Positions 28,243 to 39,105 of a stretch of 64,000 nt of DNA are shown here, one piece after another (positions within the stretch are counted from its first letter, which is position 1; each line of letters opens with the position of its first letter). Position numbers and translations under genes: made by a program. The notes under the pieces are model-generated. The model saw only the letters and a program-made list of their open reading frames with translations. It was not told the DNA's origin and did no database searches. This stretch comes from Balanoglossus misakiensis (taxonomy: Eukaryota > Animalia > Hemichordata). The stretch covers positions 7,794,317 through 7,858,316 of the forward strand of contig CM082595.2 of the NCBI GenBank assembly GCA_040954595.2, given 5' to 3'.

Positions 28243-28857
28243 CTGTGGTATCTTGAAAAGTTTGAGTAAATTCGCTGTCTGGATTGAATTAATGCTAGAC
28301 GCTGCCCCTATAACTCCAGTGATAGTTTTATACGATGCACTTCGTTCGATGTCATCCTGGCAATTAATTTCACTGGCTCCAATATTGCTGATGGCCCCTC
28401 GAATGAAATCAACCGACTGTTCCAGTCCGTATGTATCTTTATCGCAGTCATCCAATACATGCATGCCGAGTTTTATCCCTGGCAGGAAGCTCTCATTGGA
28501 ATTGATCAAGTCCACCGTGTATAGCATGGCTTCTAAAGCTTGTATACCGGGTTGTTCCAATATGTGTCCGCAGATGTAATCGTCGTGTCGCTCGTGAGCC
28601 ATGACAAGACCACCGAGGATGATGTCACCTTCTACCGTCGCGGCTTTGTACACTGGCCAGGGAATGGAAACGTTATGTTTGAAGAGGTGTAGAAGTGACT
28701 TTTCCTGGTCGTACACGTATCTCTTCTGTACGTCCATGTCCTCCTCAGGGGTCTTAGCTGAAGAAGCCAGTCCGATAAGAAGAAGCATCAGTGAGAAATA
28801 CCACTGAGCGCGAATCCATGTCACCTGGGAAAGGAGACTGCTTAGACAATGAGCCAT
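28243..28857 (-). CDS. mtt: Metabotropic glutamate receptor family class C GPCR (mXR/mangetout-like), coding exon 1: signal peptide and start of Venus-flytrap domain
   Basis: ATG at 28857. Hydrophobic signal peptide (FSLMLLLIGLASSA). mGluR motifs VEGDIILGGL, GIQALEAMLYTVDLIN, LPGIKLG..LDDC, GVIGAASS, ANLLKLFKIPQ. Donor CAG|GTAAGT at 28243/28242. 615 nt, phase 0. Confidence 0.95.
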
Positions 28858-29674
28858 TACTCTAAATCACTGACACCTCTGAATTGATTTTAACTGTACT
28901 AGTTGTTTTAGGTGATAAGCGCTCCAGGATTTCAGATATTATATATGGTACGCGAATTGCACGAGTCAGATCAACACAAGACGAGATGGCATTTACCAGG
29001 ACCGGCCGAACTAGCGTCTGAAACTGACACACGATGCTGCTATGTAATCAGAGCTCGTCATGGTATACCTCAAATAATGTGTCTCGCTCAACGATGACTG
29101 ACAATATCATGCAATGTCTATTATAAACACATAATCTGTAGTACGGCGAGTTTTGTTACCAATGGGACAGCGGGCTGCACGCATGCGTCCTCGCGATTTC
29201 AATGACATCTGTTATGAACGAACAGCTAACTGGTATTTGAACGAGGTATGCCTGTAAATCTCGATACTATCAATTATTTAAAATTATTTGGCTCGGCAAA
29301 TGACTGAGAAAACTGAAAGTCGGTATGAATGCTTAACATGCGTACTACTATGTTTATAAAATATTGATTTAAGCCAGTATTACTTTCGACCGCTTTCCTA
29401 TCGTCTTCGGCTTTATCTAGAACGGCGCCAATTAACAGTAAAATCCCGCATTTCATGTCAGGTCACGTAGATTTGATGATCCAAACAAAAGGAAATGCTG
29501 TACTCCCTCTTCTGCAAAAACAGGCAATCGTCTCTTATGTAGAGAGTAATACCGCGTGAATCCGAGTTCCTACAGGAATTCAAGCGTCTATGTGTTATCT
29601 CCAGCAGCGAGATCAGTAGCTGCACAGAACATTTTCCCCCACATCTATACGTCTACAGAATTATCGTGTTTCAA
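28858..29674 (-). other. Probable 5' UTR part of the first coding exon
   Basis: Strong minus-strand 3' splice site atttctttttctattctctctttcag| at about 29700-29675, which implies an upstream non-coding exon. Confidence 0.5.
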
Positions 29675-32600
29675 CTGAAAGAGAGAATAGAAAAAGAAAT
29701 CATACTGTTAGCATTGCAAGGGGCGATAACACATTAAAAGCGAATTTGTTAGTTTTGATTTCTCTATAAATAGTGGTGGTAACATTTCTTGCAACGGACT
29801 GTCAAAAAAGTAGTGGGAGATTAGCTTTTTATCGTCTGAATGTCCACTACTTGTATTGCGAGACCGATTAATACTAAAGAATTGCAAAGAATAGATCCTA
29901 ACTGGATATTCATAGCAAGTACATATGAATTTTCTTCTGCGAAATGAATGTAAAGCCAACGTTTGTGGGTGTTACACCTACAATCTTCCTTATCAATGAT
30001 GCATCTGCTTCTTTGCGTTTATTGCTAGAATTCAATGCCAACATTTAAAGCGACAGCGACAATTTTCCAATAATCTTACGCACATACAACGTGGTCGTGA
30101 TAACATTATTGAGAACTCAACAAAACATAATGTTTGTCATTTTCAATAGAGTCAGTCATTTTGAAAAGTGCATTGCCGTTTTAGATCTATAAGATCACAT
30201 TCCCGTTTCGTGGAAATTGCCATTGTTTTGCTATTTTCCTGTGACGTATAGAAGTATTTGTGTTGCCTTATAAAACGGGCATATTGCCTCATCAGCTCGA
30301 CGATCGTCGCCGCTGATATGACTATGGGTATCACACCGTCATCTAATTGAGGGGTTTGGATTCGTTTTGTAGCTTTTTGCGTGATGTCATTGTTATCGGG
30401 CGAGCAACCGGGATGAATGGTGTTTGGGTAGCCTGTCAGAAAAGTGATATTATTAGATTTCCGGCGAGTATGTCACCTCGATTTGAAACATCATAGGGTT
30501 AGGAGTTTCGGATTGTGGGTATTCTACGTCGGAACACTACTGTCCTTTGAGGTAATACATGGATGTTGTTTATAAATTGATATACGTTCATAATATTAAA
30601 GCGGACATAAACTCAGTACCGTCGTTTATCAAGTTTAAAGAGATCTCTTATCTGGCCGAGGCCGCTATATGCTGTTCTAATCCGAAATATGATGTTCTAG
30701 TTATATAGTCATAATCACATCGTTATGTATTACCTGTGATTATTGTTCTGTGTAGTCACCTAAAATCTTATTAACACTAGATAATATCTGCTTAATTTTT
30801 TTTAAATTTGGTATCTGTGACGTTTATTTAATCACCTTTGTTCTAATCTCACGGCCAGCTCGAAGTTGTAACGAGCTAGCGAAATCATTTAAACCTTGCT
30901 GGTTTGTACAACTATCACATTTTAACTCGAGCGGCTCATCTGTCATACAAAAACACCACCATCATGTACCACTGAGGTAGCCTTTTTATCAGCATAACAG
31001 TAAACCTATGCACATACATGTACACACATGCATGTACGGTCATACAATCTATGTGTTAGCTCTATAAAAAGAAGTGCCAATGAAGACAGTGGGCGTTATC
31101 AATATAATAATGAACCGTCCCAAAAATAAGTCATCGCATTTTCTTGGTGAAAACGCTCCAGTCGAGATTGTCAAGCTCGTCATCGCTCCCGTTAGACTGC
31201 ATCCTTAAGGCATAACAATGTAACAATGTCGCACCTCAACATGACGTTAGCCATCATTTCTCTTAGATTCAACTCCATGCAGAAACGCTGTTAGTAACAA
31301 GAGTGTGTGCTGATAGACACGAGCCACACACAATTTCATTATTCCCTTAGAAACAGGCTGACAACTTAACTGATACTGAACCTAACGATATTGTTATCAA
31401 ATCAGACGGTGTAGTGTTCCAAAGTCTGCCAATTTAGAATGAAATTAATGTCATTGTTATCACTCTTGCCTGGCAATTCCTTGGCGCTACATCGAGTTTC
31501 ACACACACGCATTGTCCATGTTACGACAAATACCGATTTGTTGGAGAGAGTAAATAGGCATCCAGGAAATTAGAATAAATATGTGGAAGCTTGGCGGAGG
31601 CAGATAATGACAATGTTAATGACTACAATTACAAAAAAAAGATATATCATGATTGGATTCACCCCTAATTTACAAGCTATTGCCATGATCTTATTATTTT
31701 TTTCAGGTATACTTAAATAAGTCGTTAACCCTGTAGGAATATTAACACAATCCCCGCTGGCGGAGCGTGTTAGTGCACTTAAGTTTCGCGAAGTTTGTAA
31801 CGAAGTTCACCGGATGTGTCGACACAGGGCAGTAGGGAGGAAAATCCGACGAGCAGCGACGATAATGGGGTAAATGGGCATGGGGATTATACTCATTATA
31901 TTTTGTTGAGACGAGTGTACCTGGGAGGCACTGGATAGACTGAATTGTGGTACTCATTCAGGGTGCTATTTGAACCCCAATTGAATTGCAATCTCCTGAT
32001 TATGGTCAAATTATTGCAGTTATTCAATAAGGTCTGAGCCCAATTAGAACTTTCCAATTGCAACACATATTCTTCGGTAGGATGGGTATAGTCGGAATAA
32101 TCAGTTGAAGGTAACTAAACCTCTCTTACTTATTATTAACGTTAATTGAACCACGACGTTAACTATGTGATCAAGTGGTACTCGGCTCAATTTAATTGAC
32201 CGATAACAAAGTTATATCCAAAATCCAAGTCCAATTTGCGGCTTTGCTAATCACGCTTATTTTTATCTGCTTAATATCGCGACCTTGTATGTCAGATTAC
32301 TTTGGAAATGTGTCTATTCACAATAATCATTTCCTGTTATCTAGACATGGCAAACTAGGCCATTGTTATGTTAATCACTGTCTACCAACAGCGGTTTTGC
32401 TAAGTTTTTTCTCTCGTGTAAGTCAGTTATTAGGTTTACGATGGCATCCTAAAATGGCCAATGCGAGGTTTCTGACACGCAATTTTCATTCTCTAACAGA
32501 AATAGGCATTCGTTAGTTCTGAATGAGCACGACCATACCGCTGGGTCTCAACACTACCGTGTCAGCAGACACAAAGAAATGACCTTCCATGCTGTTGCTC

Positions 32601-33279
32601 TGCGGGGAGGATGACTGCACCGTGTAATCTCATCCTATGATGTAGGCACGTTTTGGTGAAATCGGTGAGCTTGATTGACAAATGTGTTTTCAATCCAGAT
32701 CACTAACCTTACTGTGGTAATTAAATTTGCATGGACAAAAATGGTGTTTTGGAATTCCTGCTGAATACTAAGATCGAACAAGATGGTCTCATTGTAAGTT
32801 TCGACCTTTGCACGTATTTCAGTATGTGAAACGGTCTAAACTAACGCACTTATTTTCAAAACCATGCATTTTTGACAGCGACAAATATGGTGCCCCCTTT
32901 GGAGGAGGTTTGTGAAGTTGCTTATTTCATTCACAATTCTTGAATAAAAATAAGCTTTTCATACATACTGTTCCATTGTGAGTGGTCATCAACGGTGACA
33001 TAACAGTAAAAAGGATAGTGAATGCCTGTTATCTGCCTTTTAAAATTGCGTTTAAAGGGGAATGTGCGGCAAATTCTTAGCTGTTAGTCCATTGGCCAGT
33101 TACCAAAACCATCCGCTAGGGATTTTTGAAATGTTATTTTCCAAAAACCCATCATCCATCTGACGGAATCGGTTATATACATTCATTACAGTGGTAGGCG
33201 TGACCGTGAGAATCCGTTGTCATGGTGACAACATCAATATCATTGGAGTGCTCAGATAATTAAAAAGTGAAATATTTAA

Positions 33280-33628
33280 AGGGACAAAGTCTCCCTCTCT
33301 CGCTGCCCCTTTTCCATTAATTATGTTTGATACAAGACACCGTTTATGGTTTTCTGCAAGTGGATATATAGTGAATGAACGTTCAACCACACACACCTTC
33401 CATTCCACTTGTAGACACGAGAGTGAAAATCTCGCCAAAATGAATAATCGGTCTCTACAATTTATTCATTTTGGGCGAGGTTTTACTCTCATATCATACA
33501 AGCGGGATGGAAGTTGTGTGTGGTTGAACGTTTATTCACTATATATCCATATGTACATTAACACAAACGGTGTCTCGTATCAAACATAATTAATGGAAAA
33601 GGGGGAGCGAAATGGAGACTTTGTCCCT
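33280..33628. mobile_element. Palindromic TTAA MITE, full copy
   Basis: TTAA at 33276-33279 and 33629-33632 flanking AGGGACAAAG...CTTTGTCCCT. Confidence 0.9.
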
Positions 33629-34992
33629 TTAAAGTTCGGGGGTTAGGGATGCAAATCAAACATTCATTCTTATACGCATTGGGGTATGGGCTGTACAATA
33701 ATTACATGTTCGACTTAGTCAAAAGTCAAGGTCATCTTCGAAGCTTGTGGCTTTATAAAATAATTAATCACTCAATTGGCATGGGTTATCAATTGGTATT
33801 TTAATCTTTAGGGTTAAAGGTAACAAACTCAAATGTCAACGTAACTGTTTTCATTTCCTGAATACTAGTATTGATTTGGCACGGGACAATTTAATTTAAT
33901 CATGTCATATTGGGTTTTTAGGAATTGAATTTTTCTTATTTGGGAGTGCTTAAATGAGATTCTGACTCCAAAATGATTTGCTACCATATCATGTCCCGTT
34001 ACATTCCAAAAGTAAGAAAACTGTATGCTGTCTGTGCATTTCGCGAGATCCTTATTATTGATATCTTTTAGAGTGCGGGATAGTTATTTGTTGCATGAAC
34101 GTCATGATAAATATCACCTCGAAATTGCGATATTTTAGTGAAAATTATATTATATTTACTATAATTAAAATGTCATTTAATTTTCTTTATTTTTGACAAT
34201 GTATTAAGCTCTGGTGTTGAACATTTGCACCACTAGATATACAAGGTTTCTTTGTGAAATAATGTTTTCTTAATTTTGCTGACTTTCTGAAATAAAATAC
34301 ATGTGTTACCATAACGACTGATACCAAATCCTTTCAGATTTGAAACATGCTAGAATATATAGTATATGGTAAAATCCCCACATTTTCGCCGTTAACCTAT
34401 TTACATTGTTAACGTATACGGTACGTGCCAAGTTACTAATTGGTCACCTCGCCTTTGAGACTAAAGATCAAGTTACCTTTACTGTTAGGTATAGTTCTGT
34501 GTATGTGGACATTTCAGTCACGTGCACGATGAGCTGAAAGTGACCCAGTGTCTGTATCAGTGTATATGGGGTGAAGATGTAAAAATGTTAATTATATTTT
34601 ATATCCTAGTGCTCCTTCATCTCTTGAACATGATCATGGTCACGTAGTGTCGCAGAGTGATTGTACCCCTCACCTTTACATCGATTTTATGTGTCTGCTA
34701 AACCCAATCGTCGCGCCTCAACATCGATTTTCAAGGAGCGAAAGACCTCTTGTTAGGCACTGTCTGACTACAAGAGCAGTGATATAGTGTAGAATATATG
34801 CACGTCATATCTTCAGGCAAATCTTTGATAGGAACAGCATTTTGCATACATACATGGAGAGACTTGGTCATCGACAACGACTTTTCATTTTCTCAGACTG
34901 TTAGAATGTCCTGCCTATCACACTATCAGACCAATTTATTTACCCAAAGATATCTTTACTCATCCCGATATATGCAAGTTTCAGAGTTTTAT

Positions 34993-36292
34993 TAGTCCTG
35001 TTTCAAAATGACCTACATTACACGTCCTATACACATGTATTGCATGTTCTGATTGGTTTATCCGCTTCTCTAAGGTCCACTTGAGGCACGCTGATTGGAG
35101 GGACCTTGTAGGTTAGGTCTTATTACTATGCATTATTCACTTAACAGCTCCCTGATTGGTTAACGTGTCAGTCTGGTCCCCCATGTGTTCACTGCCTCAT
35201 TATACAGGACCTTGTAGGTTAGGTCCTATTACTATGTATTATTCACTTTACAGCTCCCTGATTGGTTATTGTGTAGGTCTGGTCCTCCAGTGTTTACTGC
35301 CTCATTATGCAGGACCTTGTAGGTTAGGTCTTATTAATATGTATTTATTCACCATACAGCTCCCTGATTGGTTAACGTGTCAGTCTGGTCCCCTGTGTGT
35401 TCACTGCCTCATTATACAGGACCTTGTAGGTTAGGTCCTATTACTATGTATTATTCACTTTACAGCTCCCTGATTGGTTATTGTGTAGGTCTGGTCCTCC
35501 AGTGTTTACTGCCTCATTATGCAGGACCTTGTAGGTTAGGTCTTATTAATATGTATTTATTCACCATACAGCTCCCTGATTGGTTAACGTGTCAGTCTGG
35601 TCCCTCATTGTGAAATGTCCCATGTGCTTCCTGGCTAGCGTTGTGGTAACACATTAATCGGTTTGTCCGCAGATCGTTCATTACACGCTGAAAGACATTA
35701 CGTAACAAAACACTAGCCCATTTCAACAAACCGCCCCTGGAAATAAAATACTAAATTTCTCCTGGCAATTTTTATTTCGAGTATCTAGTTCACAGTATCA
35801 CATAAAATGCCATGAATAGTGAAGGAAAAGGTGAAATCCAAACATTATATGAGTGCCTTTCTTTATACATTGGGATCGAGCTTCGACCACGCGTAGGCAG
35901 CATGCCAGACAGAATACGACAACTGTATTCAGAAAGTACAAAAGACTTTGCATAACGAGGCAGTGAAATCTGGAGACCTACACATTAACCAATCTGGGAG
36001 CTGAAAATTGAATAAATACATATTAATAAGACCTAACCTACAAGGTCCTGCATAATGAGGCAGTGAACACTGGAGGACCAGACCTACACATTAACCAATC
36101 AGGGAGCTGTAAAGCGAATAATACATAGTAATAAGACCTAACCTACAAGGTCTAGTGAATAATACATAATAATAAGACCTAACACATAAGGTCCCTCCAA
36201 TCAGCGTGCCGCAAGTGGACCTAAGATTACCAGATGGACCAATCACAGATGTCGGTACATATGTCATGGACCTGACTTATGAAACAGGACTA
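34993..36292. mobile_element. Foldback-type element: long inverted arms built from 105-107-bp tandem subrepeats around a unique spacer
   Basis: Termini tagtcctgtttca / tgaaacaggacta. Inner inverted match aggtccacttgaggcacgctgattggagggacc / ggtccctccaatcagcgtgccgcaagtggacct. Left array 35101-35605, inverted degenerate array about 35930-36195. Confidence 0.85.
35101..35605 (+). repeat. Minisatellite, ~106-bp monomer organised as a 212-bp A/B dimer
   Basis: ggaccttgtaggttagg recurs at 35101, 35207, 35312, 35419 and 35524. Alternate units are near-identical. Confidence 0.9.
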
Positions 36293-36870
36293 TTACGTCC
36301 CTCTGATGTATGTGTTCTACGGAACCTGTGTATTTTTCGTTTTAAAAAATTATTAGTAATTTAAATGATGACAATCCTGTTCGCTAATTACTGACTAATT
36401 ATTGGATACTGAACTGTTAATTTATTTGTAATTTTTGACGTGTAACTCCACTGCAAATGGGCCGGAGGCCTTTAAATGCAAATAAACAATTGCAATTGCT
36501 GTGGCATGATGAGATTTCATAAAATTACAATAGGTTATGCACTGTTAGAATTATGCTTTATAAATATATTTTCATGACAACGAAATAAAATGTATTTACA
36601 CCATGGACCTTCTATTGATACATAGCTCTTCGGAGTAAAATATTTATTATATTATACCAGTGTAACACGGCAGCAAATGCATCGTTGTGATTGGCTTGCA
36701 GCCTGTTTAAATTATGCAAGCCATGGCTCAATAGAGCATAATGCACTGCTACATTTGTCAAGGATTATGAATAACCATGTTGAAAGCGTAAACAAACAAC
36801 AGGTCAGACCCGAGATATTGTCGATGAAATTGTCTGAAATTACCTTTGTGGAGATAACTCCACTTCTTAA

Positions 36871-37217
36871 AGGGACAAAGCCTCTCTATCACTGCGCTTT
36901 AACCATTAATTATGTTTGATACAAGACACTGTTTATGTTAATGTACTTGTGTATATGTAGTGAATTAACATTCAACCACACAAAACTTCCATCCCGTTTG
37001 TAGGGTATGAGAGAAAAATCTCGCCCAAATCGAGACAAAAGTAAACACCGATTATTCATTTTGGCGAGATTTTCACTCTCATGTCTACAAGTGGGATGGA
37101 AGTTGTGTGTGGTTGAACGTTGATTCACTATATATCCACATGTAGAATAACATAAACGGTGTCTTATATCAAACATAATAAATGGAAAAGGGGCAGCGAG
37201 AGAGAGACTTTGTCCCT
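36871..37217. mobile_element. Palindromic TTAA MITE, full copy
   Basis: TTAA at 36867-36870 and 37218-37221 flanking the same inverted termini. Confidence 0.9.
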
Positions 37218-38999
37218 TTAATACTTCTGAAAAATTCGGAACATTTGGACACGTTCAATATTCCTCAAGTTGTTATGCTTATTGCAAAAGAGTATTATAC
37301 TAATCTTTCAAACAATCTGGTTCGAAAGGTTATGTCAATTTCCTAGAAGAACAAGCGACCTAGCGGCGGATACAGCTCCGCTGTAATAATTTGCATTTAG
37401 AATTCTGGCTGCCTTATATAGGTTTTCACTTTGCGCTAGGGGTCAAATCACATTGCATTCTGGGCGAAAAGTCGAAAACCCACTGTAGTAAGAGATAGAA
37501 GAAATGATATGTTTACTGTATTTCATGAATTCCTTTGGTCAAACATGTATGTCTCTGTATACCATATTAAACTCATTAAACTTGTTTCACATTTTGTTAT
37601 TTTTTCTGTTAAAAAGTTTCAGAATGACCCATTATCTCTTTAGCTTATGAACTCCCATTTCTTTAACATGGCAAAAATCGGCCATCTTGAAATTGTGTCG
37701 ACAATATGAGATTTTCATCACTCACTTAGGTAGCTTAAAACCTATTTGAGGTAGGGAAAATTAAATGGTGCACTTCTCTTGAGACTGGGACAAAATTGAA
37801 AACCGAGTTAAATATGCAAATTTGCGAGGCCGTAAACATAAAGTAATGCAAACTTCGTCACGATTTTGACATATAAGACTTATATGACATAAAGGACCTT
37901 CACACCAAAGTTCAAAAGAAGTAGACATCCGCATTTTTAAAGACAGCTTTTTTGTACCAAAGACTGTTGTAAAAATACAACATTACAGATTCGGTCATGA
38001 TTTCAACAAAGGTCACTTAGAATTGTTTGTTTTAATCAAATAGTCAGAACCTGAAAATCACAACGCAGTGTCGTTCATTGGTTTCAGTATGACTGATTTC
38101 AATTAATCTGCCGTCTCAGTTGGTATTGAGCATACTGCCTGAGAATTTTGTATCTGCGTATTTGTTCTTAAAGCAGGGTTACAGTTACAATTGTTGTCGC
38201 TCGCCAGTTTGCATTATCCACTTGTCGGCGTGAAATAGTAGCAGAGAGAAATTTAATTTCACACTATTTGCGTTTAGAAAATAAGACAATGTCTCCAGAG
38301 AAGGATTAGTGTGGCTTGGGCTTACCACGCAGGCGCACACTAGTCAGCTATGGTAATGGAGACGTGTGTGTCGCACGGTGTACAGTAGCCGGCTTTGATG
38401 CTGTCACCATTAAATGGAACAATTCAGAGCCTTTTGCAATAACGTCGTGCGTTGGTTTTGAGTGGATCCTGGTGATTGATATTCTGATTTGAGGGCACAC
38501 CGCTACAATGGAACATATGTTTATTGGAGTCAGATGACTCATCGATTCATGACAATCGTCATGCTGAAACTAATATCAACCTTGACGCAGTGATGATAAA
38601 TGGACGCGACTGATCCCTTTTCAATCTTCACACTGCGCAGCTAACACGAACCGCTGTGCACACTACATGTATACACCACTTAGCGGTTTCACAAAAACTA
38701 ACATAATTCCCCTATAGGCCTTAAATGACAACTGACGATAATTACAATAGTTGTGATCTACTCAAGGTATGTCGGGTTATTGTCACGGCATCACTTCGGG
38801 TCGTTCAAGATCTTCGAGTATATAAAGAGATTGACACTTATGGGTAGAGGGCATGCATGACATATTGCTCGTACAGCTAACCAATTACAGTTGCCAGAAA
38901 CTAAAGTAACATGAGTAGCGTTGTCATAGAGATTGTTTAAGCGACTTCACACTCTCTGAGCAAGTTTACTAACTTGACAGCAGCCAACGAACAAACGGA

Positions 39000-39105
39000 C
39001 TTACCAACCAACCAACTAACCAAACAACCAACCTACTGCCCCGCCCTTCACACTAAACACCCGCCCGACCGACCCATCCATCCATCCATCCATCCACCCA
39101 TCCAT
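39000..39105. repeat. (ACCA)n/(CCAT)n microsatellite
   Basis: Direct reading. Confidence 0.7.

Noticed and set aside
28208-28807. Plus-strand ORFs (123 aa, 68 aa) overlapping exon 1
   Set aside because: Antisense shadows of the real coding exon.
35101-35605. Possible CRISPR-like array
   Set aside because: The sequence between repeats is itself repeated (no unique spacers), the context is eukaryotic and there are no cas genes.
35156-35613. Two near-identical 81-92 aa ORFs
   Set aside because: Translations of the 212-bp minisatellite dimer, not genes.
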